Below are positions 37,703 to 50,107 of a stretch of 64,000 nt of DNA, one piece after another. Made by a program: the position numbers and the translations under genes. The stretch spans positions 23,498,001 to 23,562,000 of the forward strand of contig CM120646.1 of the NCBI GenBank assembly GCA_051362555.1, read 5' to 3'. The notes beneath the pieces are model-generated. The model made no database searches. It worked only from the letters and a program-made list of their open reading frames with translations, and was not told the DNA's origin. Positions within the stretch are counted from its first letter, which is position 1. Each line of letters opens with the position of its first letter. The DNA comes from Lingula anatina (lineage: Eukaryota > Animalia > Brachiopoda).

Positions 37703-40700
37703 CCGTAGTGGACAACATGGCGTTTTTTGTACTCCAGTTGCCTCTTTATTGTTGCTGTTTGTTGTTAATTTTTGTATATTGGTTTATTTATTTTGCTATA
37801 GATAGAAAATATATTTTTATAATATGGTCACAGTTACTGGTTTCTTGTTGTTGATTTTACGCCAATTCAAACCGTTTAAATACAAACCCTGAGCTACCAG
37901 TAGAAATAACGGGAGAGAAACTAAGTACGATACAGATTTGCGTGATAAAGTTGATCTCATCCTACGGTCACGGTACTTTACCAGAGACCCTTTGCACCAA
38001 GGTAACAAAGGGGTTATAGTTATCACTTGTGGGTTTAAGTCAGTTATCCACAGACACACCGCGGTGATGGACGAGAAGAATCGCCACAGCTTGGCTGGAA
38101 GAAAGAGAGAGAGCGAGTATGTGTGTGTATGTCTGTGTGCGTTCGTGTGTGTGTGTGAGTGTGTGTGTGTGTGTTTGTCTGTGAAGAAATAGAATTGTGA
38201 CATAAAACTCCCCAACCTAGGAACAAAGACATGCCGGTGACAGTGTACATTTAATCAATACTGGTAGCAAACCGTGTTGCGGGCTACCACGTTACATCTC
38301 GAACACAGTCTTGAGGTTTTTTATACCAGCCGAGGATATCAGATACCTAGCAATTGTGTTGGAGTGGGAGCTCGTTGAGGATATTGGGGCGGGGGTAATT
38401 TTTGTAAGAAAATGTAGACCCACATAAAAGAAGAACGGATTTAAAACTCTCTTAATACTACTTTCGTGAACAGTTTGTGCCCTTACCAACACCAACGAAA
38501 TGTGACAATTTAAATATTTAAAGTCCCTAAATCGTTTTTCATATGAACACTTTCTGTAAATATTTCACCAGATAAAGTTCATACGTTCATTGATAAAGGT
38601 TGAATTTTTTTTTTTTTTTTTTTTTTTGACAGACACTGCCTCCTTTCATCCACACACTTGTTTTAAATGTTCTTCTTTGAAGCCATATCAAGCAAGTCCA
38701 AAGGAAAAGGAGCTCTCTAAAGAAATCATGCAACTTCAAAAATAACCGAGATAACTCAAACGTGAATTTGCTGAGATCAAAAAACCCAAAACAACGCAAT
38801 GTTGCATGACGTAGGCTCAATTTTTGAAACCTTTCAGTTCTCCATCAACATCGGGGCTTTTATTTCTTTCCCTAAGCTTATAGCGACAGATTCTTATTGG
38901 AGTTGAAGCACACGTACTTTGGTTTCTAAGAAACTAGATGGTTAAAAGTGCAAACTTTCTCTTTCTATCAAATCACGGCAGCAGTCAAGTAGCGACGCGC
39001 CATCTTCAATCACTTAACTTAAAGTTATAGCTGCCTAAAGTAAACGCGACCTGCATACAGACATATAACGGAAACAGAAGTGCTCCACCTATTCTGTGCT
39101 TACAAATATACAAGACATAGCATAGACAGTTTGAGGTTTCTGGAAGATTCAACATCGTGATTTACCCCGGTTCTTCGTTGCTCTATAAATTTTTCTTCAT
39201 TAAAGAGAGAGGCGAGTTCGACACCGTATGGTAATAACAATGACCAATTGCAATAGGTTTTTGTAAAGTTGCGTGATTTGCGGTCGCTGCAGTGCATTAA
39301 GAGAAAGAATGGCTTATTGATTTTATGTTTTAGTATACGGTATATATTGTATTTGCTATGCACAACCATATCCCCATATTATCCCCAGAGGTATGCAGAA
39401 ATACAAAACTAGTGATGTCTTTTCCTTGGAATATAAAGTGGAAGGCGCGCACAGGTATGTTTAACACCTAAGGCGTAACTGAATTTAAAATCACACACTC
39501 ATATGAATAAAAGACATGACGGCCTAATTCAAGACTGCCCCTGTTGATATCAAACATTTTAGATGCTGTGAGTTGTGCATTTCGTCTTGCTTTTTACACG
39601 CTGCTGCTGTCCAACTTCTCCGAGAAGGTTGTTCGATTTACTTATAAGACTATTATAATCCGAGTACGGCTGTGTGTGGACTTGTTGATCACGTGACTGT
39701 GGTGATGACACAATAACGAAATGACACTCTTTTTATGCCGCTGATTAAAATCGTAATAAATAGGGCAAAAATTTTCTGCTTAATAACTGGTTGCATACCC
39801 CGGAAAGCAAATTATAATGAAATATCCGCAAAAAGCCAGCCCTGGGACTGCGACCTGATGGAAATTGAGATGAAATGTCACTTGAATTATCGACTTGTGG
39901 TTACTTTCCTGCACATACCCAGTGTATTGTATCACCTCGCTCTCTGTAAATTGGCTTTTCATCCAAGCTCGATTCCCGAGGAATCAGTTTTCAAAGGGTG
40001 GAAAAAATTACGTTAATAGGGTGAGAGAAAGGTGTCAAAAGTGCGACACACAAACACAAGCACACACACACACACACACACACTCACACACACACACTTA
40101 CACACACATTATCAACGGTTTACGCACTCGCTTCATTCCATTTCTTGGAAATGTTCTGAAAACAATAGTTCCGTGAGGCTTAAACCGGCAAATGTCTCTC
40201 TCCTTCCTATCTGGCCCTCTCTGACTCTTCATTCTCTTTGTAAACTACAAAATCGCTGAAGATAGAGAAGAATGTTGATAGTCATGATGTGAAAAGAAAC
40301 TTTGTTCAGGAATAAATTACTAAATAAATACGAGAACCAGGATGTCCACTCAACCTTTCAATACTAACCCCCACCCCTACCCACAGATGACTATATTTAT
40401 CCTTGCCAACTTTAAAATGACTCTGAACTCCAATTATCTTTTGCACATTTAATTCTTCGCTTACAATGTACTTTGTGTGCTGTCAGCAACCAGAAAAAAA
40501 GCAAATTAAACATTTTCATGATCAACAACTAGGCATCTAATTGCATGTAACGTGATCGTGCCTGTGTTATTTGTATTCAACTAGTCAGGCTGCACTTTAT
40601 ACTTCGATAAATATCCCCCCAGTCCGTATCAATCTGGTCGAAATGTATTTTATTTAAGTAAACAAACACGTGCAGGCCTGGCTTAGCGGTGGGGGAGCAG

Positions 40701-41388
40701 GCACGCGCAGCCGTTTATCGCTCTTATCGATGAGTCACGCATTAATCAAGTTGTTGTTCAGAGTGAAGTAGGGGAAACAGTCGCACACGGCTCCTGTCAG
40801 TAGTCGTGGCCGAGTTCATCTTGATAGGTGAGTTCTTATGTCTGCGTCAGTGCGTGGACCGTGGCAGTGATGATACAAATATACGCATGCCTGTTCTTAT
40901 CACTGGCTTCCATAAAACGTACGTCGTTAAGATACCACACCGCCAAGGCGACTTGTAGATCATAGTGGGAACGTTGACCTCTATATGAGGTCACGGGTCA
41001 GGCGTCAGCTTGGAAGTACTGACAAGCACTGAACAGAGAAAAAGGCCGTTCTTTTAAGGTTAGTCCATCGTTCTTGACTGTCATCGTCAGCGTGTTCGGT
41101 TTCAATAGACGGACTGTACGTTGTAAACTCGGTTCATACCGGTTAGAATCCCTGACAATAGATGGGCTGGCGTTTTAACGGGTCAAGTTAAGGAATATAT
41201 ATAACAGGACAGTACTAGTGCCGTGGTTAAGAGCCACAGCTAGAAGTCCTGCTTCAGTCGCTGTTCTTGACTTTATAGTTCCCCTGGAGGCGTTCGACGT
41301 GGAATATTGGGGATATTGTACTGTTGCCGGTTCTTGCTGGAGACCGTGCCTAAGGTAAAGTGTTCTGAAACGGTGTATTCCTCTGATA

Positions 41389-41426
<38 letters not shown>

Positions 41427-44400
41427 TCTCACCCTTCTCTCTCTCTCTCGTGTTCCCTTTCTATTAGTCTCTTTCATATATATGCATGTCGTGTATTTTT
41501 AATGCGTATCTGATACGGGCTATTTCACAGTCATAGTCATATAATAAGCGGATACCATGCTAATATTGAATAATGGAAAGAGTTCAAATATCAAAGAATA
41601 CCACCCATAGCTCCAGCTTATTGGAAAATGTACACACGAAATTGACATCATCTGGCTAGCGTAGAGATCGTGTAAATGGACTATTAATCATATCGGGTCC
41701 TCCACTTCCTTGTCTCAGATCTACATGTCAAACACAGAGTTGATGGAGTGGTAGGTAACTCATGTCAGCCGGATTCCTAGCTTAATATAGACATTGTACT
41801 CAGTTAGAGCTAGATCAGCTGCAGCCAAGGGAATGAAGCCATTATAAGCACGTGAAATAACGTCGATCATATGATAGCGAAACAGTTTTGTTTATAAAGG
41901 TTTTATGCCAGAAGACGTGGAGTCGTTAAGAAGGTAAGCTGATCCATGGATAGAGATACATGTAGCACACGAAGAGGGAGGCTGACATACTGACAATAGC
42001 TTGCTGATTGTTACGCCACAATAGTAGTGGTACAGTATTCTGTGGCTGTCACAGTTGGTGACACTCGCAACCTGTCATGTGGATATATTCCCTATATGCA
42101 GACGTTAAAAAAGGATTGTTATATATTAAGAGGGCCTTCCTGAGTACGAAACGACCCTCAATACCTATAAAGGTTTGTTTGATAGATTTACAATTTGGCT
42201 CTCTATCAAGTACGTGACTTCTTTTCTTTTGCTTCAAAATGACTTGCGTTCGGTAACGCCTGTGACTTAGCTAAGAGGGTTGAAGATAACAGAGGCAGAT
42301 CAGTCATGCACATATGACAACCTGCCTTACATATATGTATTTTAAAGACGGGTTTGTTGTAATGCGTCACGCAACGGGATGTAATTGGGTCACACTTTAT
42401 ACATATGCGTCAAAATCACTTCACTTTTTATCATCAATCTCCCTCTAGTATTTTGCTACCCTCTAACGGGGTGCCATATATTATAGGCAATTTTTCAAAA
42501 AGCAAAATTCAAATGACACTATTTATCTTAAGACATACCGGTATGTGTGAATATCTTGTAAAAATCGATCTGTGGCCCTGGTAGAGGGTACATGTAGTAT
42601 TTTGCAATGAGCGACCTTTACAATGTTCAAGCTCAGAGGCCGCATCGAACACCTCTATTTGCTTGACCCGGTGAAACTGGGCACTGTGTGTTTTACTCTT
42701 TGTGCACTAAGCGATGTCAGAGAGAAAACAGTGTGGAAGTTTCTGCGGCTCTAGCTCGTCGATAGGTCAGCAGTAGGCGGTACTTCCCGGGTGAGATGTG
42801 TGGCTTTATTTTTATAACATTTCACTCGTTGTTGGCGAACACTTAGTTGATTGATTCGATGGAAGTGGATATAAAACAAAGGAAGTCTGTATCTGTTTGT
42901 CCAAGGATTCATGTAGAGACTGTCATCTAGTCTAAACCAGTGCGCTCGGATCTGTAGCCAGGGAAAAAAGGGGGTGTGGTCTTTTTCATGAAAGAGAACT
43001 CTTCTACCAAAATGATATATACCATGGGTGGAAGTTTCCAGGATGACTGATATCAGGATTTTTAGTCTTCAATTTTTTTAAAAAAAACTATAGCCTAAAC
43101 GCGATGAAAATTGCAAGCTACGTTTTAGGGGTATTCAGTTTTTACAACTTTCATCCCTGATATTCCCAGTAACAACATTTGATTGAGAGCGGACCTACCG
43201 GGTATTCCCGGGTTAATTGGAGCGGATTGCAACCCCCTCACCCCCCACCCCCACCCTCCCCCACCTACGTACGACTTGACTCTGACACATGACATTTAGC
43301 CTTGAAGTGGTGAGCTCTTATCTCTTATCTTTATGAAACGTTGTTACAGGTTTTATTGCTCTCTTGTGAGTAACAAAGGATAACGACTGTGATAAGCATA
43401 CTTGTAGGTCGTTAGTCTTAGGGTAATGTAGTCGCCTGTATATATATGGACTGCAAAGGTAGATATCGAACCTGAACCTGCCGTTACATACTGTTATGTA
43501 GACTGCAAAAGAGACAGAATATTTTTTAACATGCGACCCACGAATGTCCCCCCCCCCCTCCCCCCCCTCCCCCCGAGATCACCCTTTTACTTATTCGTGC
43601 AATAATGAGGTAGGTTTATGTCCTGTTAAGTTAAAGACTTGGAAAGACGTGCTTTTGATTGAGAACGTTGACAGTGCTAGGGCTTTGTTTACATGTGTTC
43701 ACGTGTCATAAGTTCCAAGTCATTTTATGTAGCATTGAGACAGAAAACGATATACTATGGCTTATCCGGATGTATTCTAACTTTCTTCCACAATGGTCAG
43801 GATGCCTATCCTGTTTTTGTTCGAAGATATACCGTTACTTCGCCTGCTTTCATTGTTTTGGGACAACTTCAATTTGCCATTCACAATAAGGACAACTATA
43901 TTCATTGATTGGAGAAGTATTCCACGAACGCTGTTGTTGCAACACATACTAAAGTCCGGCATTGAGACACTTTACAAAAACGCGGCCAAGACTAGATCAA
44001 TGTACAAAAAGCGATATTTAATGAGAGGCTAATGACACCGTTCACCAACCGTGGGGAGATATCAGCTTCGGGAAGGTGGGGGGAGATGGGCAGGATTTCA
44101 AACTTGAGGTTCTATTTGAAACAAAGATTGGCCAGAGGGAGGGGGTGGTGCGTCTATCAACAGAAATAAATATATAGATGACTGAATGATTCATGTAAGA
44201 AATAAAGAAATGTTTGAGAGCTAACCCACTCCTAATCCTCACCCCCACCCCAACCTGTATCCACCATACCCGATCAGGTCCATCCATTTTTGCACGTCAG
44301 ACATCTTAGTTTACAGCAGAAGTAAACCTAAAGACGAGGCTACTTCATCTCATAGCTAGAATATCAGTGACCCCATTTAGAAGACATTCCCAAAGGCTCT

Positions 44401-46110
44401 GACTACAAGGAGAGAGTTTGTCAATTGAAATGTAATTATAGAACCATTTGTTGATCATCCCTATAGAGCCACGACACGGTCAGGGTATTTCTGTTATTAG
44501 GTTTGAAGTGAATAAAGTCTGAAGTTCAACATAGATTTTGTTGCGGTGAATAATCTTCTACACTGTATGAAGACCATGTTAGTTCCGGACAGCCGGTCAC
44601 GATAAACTAGATGATCAAAACAAAATCGAGGTAGAACCACCATGTTTATGTCATACCTTTATGTCCATGTGCGGAAGTCTTCAGAACGAATTTAACAAAA
44701 CAAACATATACTTTTAGAGAAAGGCTTTTTCTTACAAGACCCGACGAGGAATATCACTCTACCCCCCCTCCCCCCCCCACTTGGTAAACCTGGGGTACTT
44801 TCTACGTGTACAACTAATACTGTACATTTATTCAAAGACTTCAATATCGTTAGTCCGGGGGTTGCAATATTATTCGTTCATTGTTGACATTGGAACTTAA
44901 AGCTAAATAGAAATGTAAACATGGGTTTTTTATCTTCCTTGTGGTTACAGTGTATGTAGCTGTAGCCATGTTTCGTTCAGCACCTGAGCCATTTACGCAT
45001 TATCGGAAAAATGCGAATATTTACTTCACCAGAACAGTTTCTTCGGTATGCTGTGACAGCCCGGAGTTACAATAACTAGGCTTGCCACAACTTTGTCAGA
45101 ATCATTGTTTAGGTAATGCTGTTATGGTTTAGTTTATGGTTAAGTTAAAAGTTCAACTTCATGAAGTATTCCGTAATACACAGATATAGTGTAGTTTAAC
45201 GGGTGATATGTGTATAGAGGTCAAACACAATTAATAACAACAGTGAACGTGAACAACTTGAAGTAAGAAACAAAAAACGGACGTGGTGTTTAGAGTTAGA
45301 ACACAGGTATGGGTGTTGGCTGAGAAAAAAAAAAGAAAGAGAGAGAGACGGGAGAAAGAGAGGTGGGGAGCAACGGAGGTCAATTTACCAGTGTTATCAA
45401 GTGTCTTACACTATGTGAAAACCAGTACTACCCAGTACTAGTAAATATAAAGAGCAATGGTATGGAAGATGAATAATAAATAATGCATTTTATCATCATT
45501 CCGTGATTGCTACGTCGATATTGATAGGGAACATTTAAAATTAATACCCTAGTTCAACAACTCCATGATCCTAAATTTTCAAGAAGTCTTTCCGCTGTCA
45601 TTGTCTTTATTGCCGTAATTTTACGTTTTAGTCACTTGCTGTTTCCTTGATGTAGTTCTAAATTAACTGCAAAGTCTTCACATCACTTATTGTTCCCAAG
45701 TTCATTATGATGAATACTCATTGAATTAAAATGGATAAAGACCCGTCACAGGATATCAAAATAGAAACTAGCTGAGGACTTTTTTTGCTTTGGGCAAAAA
45801 ACAGTAATACGACAGATGCAGAAAACAAAGCCAGACATCCAGGGTCTGATTGTATTGGCAATGATTGAACGATCCCTTTGAAACCTGATTAACAAAGACA
45901 GGTGTCAACTATTGGTACAAATTGTCAAAGACGAATACTAACAGAATATACTGTGTACATGTTTTACCGTCTTCCTAATACTGTCACTTTAGTGTGGTGA
46001 AACAAGAGGTAAAATCGATTTCGCTGAAAGACTGTGATGAGTGATTCGAGTTTCCATCCATCTTTTTTCCTTGGTAAAACTACCACATTGTATCTCATCT
46101 TCTACTGGTA

Positions 46111-46247
46111 GTCCATCTGCCTGTCTGTCTGTCTGTGTCTTTTTGTCTGCCTGTCTATCTGTGTGCCTGCCTGCCTGCCTGTCTGTCTGTCCGCGTGTCT
46201 TTTAGTCTGTCTGACTGTCCATCTTTCCATCTGTCTTTCTGTCTGTC
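46111..46247. repeat. (CTGT/CTGC)n tetranucleotide tract, possibly the head of a decayed HINE
   Basis: Tetranucleotide repeat followed by acttcacacattttaacatc, resembling a HINE internal start. Confidence 0.6.
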
Positions 46248-46837
46248 ATTACTTCACACATTTTAACATCTGCCACAGAAGCTAGCACTCTATTCGCCAA
46301 TTAGACAAAGTGAAGATTATTCAGTAAGAGCATTCGTCTGGGATTCAGATAAACCAAAGGCCCAAAGGAAGCAATTATTAACTTCCACGAATTTAAACGA
46401 CTTCTGGGACGTATCTAAAAGGGCGATTAAGACGCACCGAGAATAGTTATATGCTACTATGTAATTAATAACGTCGCGTCAGATAACTCTGAGGATAAAT
46501 GGCTTATAGAGACCTTGAGGGTAAATTGCATTTACCCAATTTCCTAGGAATTGAACTTAGCGCATCATTGCACAGTATATTCTAATGGACAAATCTCACT
46601 CTCGTCGCTAATCTTCCCACTCTTCTCTCACAAATGTTCTCTCCCGCTCATTTTTTCAGCAGCAACCATGTCGTAGCCACATTTTGGTTTGCTAACAGTT
46701 TTACATGGAAATTATTACCGTGCTCTTTTCTTTAGAACGCAAGGACATTGACTCTCTCTTGTTCCTCGCAGTGCTATAAACTTTGCCCCACATTGTCACT
46801 GTCGTACAGACTGGACGTTATAACCATCTGCTAGGCC

Positions 46838-46923
46838 TCAATGCCCTGGGGTTCACAGGGCACCGAGACTTAAGGAAAATACAGGGGTGAGGCCTCACTG
46901 TCCTGTGAACCTCAGGGTGCTGA
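46838..46923. repeat. Short hairpin (~30-bp arms), probably a transposon relic
   Basis: tcaatgccctggggttcacagggcaccgag pairs with ctcactgtcctgtgaacctcagggtgctga. Confidence 0.65.
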
Positions 46924-48059
46924 CGGCAGCTCGGTGCAGACAATACTTCGAATAAAAACTAATTTAATTTCCCGAAGAGTTGCAAATGCACACGAATAAA
47001 CTTTCGACTTCCTCTAATGAGTCGATAAATGCATGTTTCTGATAATTACGGGATGCAATAAGAGCCTCCGGAATTACCTACCGGAGCCAGCCTGCCGTTT
47101 GCTAGAATGACAATTAATCAGCTAAAAAAATTTTGTTGGACGTTAATATCACTGAAGGCGAATTGTCACATATTTAATAGACTGGAACAAACCAAAGACA
47201 GATTCACCGCTTACAGATGGATTATGTGTGGTCGGATGTTCACGTGCAGGTTGACTTCAATTACCCGGAATACTGAGCAACGGTACGTGTTAGGAAAATG
47301 ACAAAAAGTACACTAAATTGATTAGTTCACTTTGCTTCAATGACCATAACAACGTAATCAACAGAACCCGTTTGAATTTCAAAAGGCTTAAGAAAAGAAA
47401 AAGCTCAGTCGATACATCAATTACATATTTCCCATGGTGATCTTACACGTTTGTATTAGTAATATATTAGCAGTGTTTAATTTGATTTGTTTCATCTTCG
47501 ACATGCTATTCAATAACAAAATGATCACGGCTGTATAGCGTGTTTGTCCTAGAGATGACAGTATAGATTAAGGCGCCAAAAGCTGAGGGACAGGGGCCAT
47601 CCCGACCTAGATACGTCTCCCAAAATAGGTACGACTGGTGCTTCACGCGGATAAGAGGAAGTTTTATTTTTCAAAGATGTTTAAGCGGTTAGAATGAATT
47701 TAAAAATTAGCAAAACGGGACAGTAGAAACGAGGGCGGGGAATGAGAAGGTTTTCAAAGTTATGATCCCTTACACGTAGTCTTGCAAAGAAACCAATCGA
47801 CATTGGAAAAATGGCATCAAAATTGCACCTTTTAAGTCATCTTAAAAACATCTCTCACAATTGTGATTGGGCTTAAATTTATTTTTGTTGTCCGTCGAGA
47901 AAATGATTTTGAACGTTTTGGAAGTTAAAGTTTCATTTTATTTGGTATTTATCAGCAGAATACATAGCTGTTTTGTCAACTTGCATGTTTTGACAGAACA
48001 CATGAACATACACGATTCTAGAAGACGGTTTCACAAAAACAAATGTAGGTTAAACGCTA

Positions 48060-49446
48060 CACACACTGGACAAAAGAAGTGTCACCCCCTAACTCAGAGT
48101 AATAAAAGTAGGCAGATCTTGGGTACTTATAATGCCTGGTCTACTTATAATGTGACAAATGAGTATAAAACTGCTATACCATGGAATTGTATTGTTGGTC
48201 TTGTACATGTACAGCAAATGTTATTCCCGTCTTCCTCCAATATGGCAAGATACAGGTAATTATCTAACGGCTATAGGTGCAAGTTATAAACCTGAAGAGG
48301 CGGAATATAAGCAATGTCAGTATATCGATACAATTGAATTGTTTAGTCAGAACCGTGCAGAGGGTCTGGTCTCAGTATAGAAACACTGGATCAAGAGACA
48401 AATTGTCTCTGATGGGTCGTCCAAGAAAAACTACTGGCCGTAAAGACCGACGACTGATTTTGATGTCCAGGTTGTCAAAGTTCGACACTGCTTGTCAGTT
48501 GACAACACAGTGGAACAATTTCACACATAAGAATGTGTCTGTGATAATTGCTAGGCGTCGATTACATGCTCATAGAGAGTACAGCAGGGTAGCAAGACTG
48601 AAATCTCTTTTATCGTTACAAAACAGGCAACGTAGAGTGAACTAGGGTCAACAGGATCTGGAACTGGACAGTCCATGACAATTGGTCCTACATATTTTTT
48701 TCTGATGAGTGTCGCTTTGGTCTTACCTCTGATGGCAGCCGGGTACGATGCTAGCGAACTGCTGGTAAAGCATTTAAACCACATGTACTTAATTTTCGAA
48801 CCAAGAGCAGCATATTCATCATGGAGTGGGGCTGCATCAGGATCCATGGCGTGGGCGAATTGATAGTGGTTGATGAAAACATGAATCACTAGAAATATAT
48901 CGATGTTTTGGAGTCAAGCTTGCTACCATCTATTACTAACATGTTTGGTGACAGGAATTATTCATTTGTTCACCAGGATGACAATGTTCCTTGTCACAGG
49001 ACCAGAGCAGTTGATGATTGGTTTGACCAACAGGACATTCGCAGGGTGATGTGGCTTGCCCTGAGTCCGGTTGAAAACATAATAGAAAATGTGTGGAATG
49101 ATATGTCAAAACTTTGGATAAATGCCCGTCTAACAAGCAGAGAAACTCTGTTATATTCAGTGTTTCATGCTTGGGCCAGCATAAGCCTTGAACGCATCAG
49201 ACAATTATATGAATCCTTGCTTCGTATACTGGTACCTATTATTAGGTCACGTGGCTATGCCATTAAGTACTAATTTTGGACTTGAAATTGCATATTTTGG
49301 TAGAATGTATATTTTGTTCTCATTTTGTGATTTTTTGTGAAATTTGATGTTAATAAAATGATACCAGGAGCATATCATTCCACAGTCATTTATCTCCCCC
49401 ATAGTATTGGCTCAGTAGGGGTGACACTTCTTTTGTCCAGTGTGTG
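48060..49446 (+). mobile_element. Tc1/mariner-superfamily (Tc1, DD34E) DNA transposon with a decayed transposase
   Basis: ~29-bp TIRs cacacactggacaaaagaagtgtcacccc and ggggtgacacttcttttgtccagtgtgtg, with TA on both flanks. Broken ORFs carry GRPRKTT..DRRL, FFSDE and QDDN-x-IENVW (34 residues between D and E), with stops and frameshifts. Confidence 0.92.
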
Positions 49447-50041
49447 TAAGTCCTAGAATTTTGGCCAAATTCAAGTAGAAAGAATCCGTGTGCGGCCCAT
49501 TTAGATACATCTTTCTTTTAAAAAATCAGCCGCAGTGTTCTATTTGAGTGGGCAGATGCTGAATCACATTTGTTCAATTAAGGTCGACTAAATGCATCGG
49601 TCTTAAATGTAAATGTATCCTATGCGAGATTTTATCATTAAATCGAGTTTTCATCGAAAAAGAATTTTCTACACTTAAACCATTGCTCGGCCTTTACCCT
49701 TTTGATACGATGTTTTTTACAATTTCTTATTAACTAATTAATTAACTTTGTTCTAAAAGGATTGGCCAATAGTTAGGTACGACATCTTCTTTCCTTCCAA
49801 ATCAGCAAAAAAAAATTGACATCAGACACTTTTATATGAGGAGTTTTATCGTTTTGTAGATCTGAATTGGGAAAGACAGGTAGCTTGCAGGATACGCAGA
49901 CTTCGAAATGTTAGAACTGAAGTACAACATTTCATGCTTTTTTCTCTATTTTTCCAGAGACGCAGATCAACCCCGATGACCAGTCCACCTTTAGTTTGAA
50001 GATAGTCCGATACCGGAAATAACCTCGGGCGGCAGTCCAAA

Positions 50042-50107
50042 ATGAAGTGCTGTTGTTTCTGCTGTACTCTCCGCCAGGGGTCGTATGCATGCGGTGTTTG
50101 GTCCCTG
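50042..50107 (+). CDS. Gene B coding exon 1 (Cys-rich N-terminus, start of TM1)
   Basis: The exon begins at acceptor tttccag|49958. aaaATG reads MKCCCFCCTLRQGSYACGVWSL; donor GTTAGT at 50108. Confidence 0.82.

Noticed and set aside
37817-38250. ORFs downstream of the gene A stop
   Set aside because: They lie in the probable 3' UTR and are partly (GT)n-derived, with no domain signal.
43659-44290. Cluster of short ORFs
   Set aside because: No consistent splice sites or protein motifs; includes low-complexity CCTAAC-like transposon debris.
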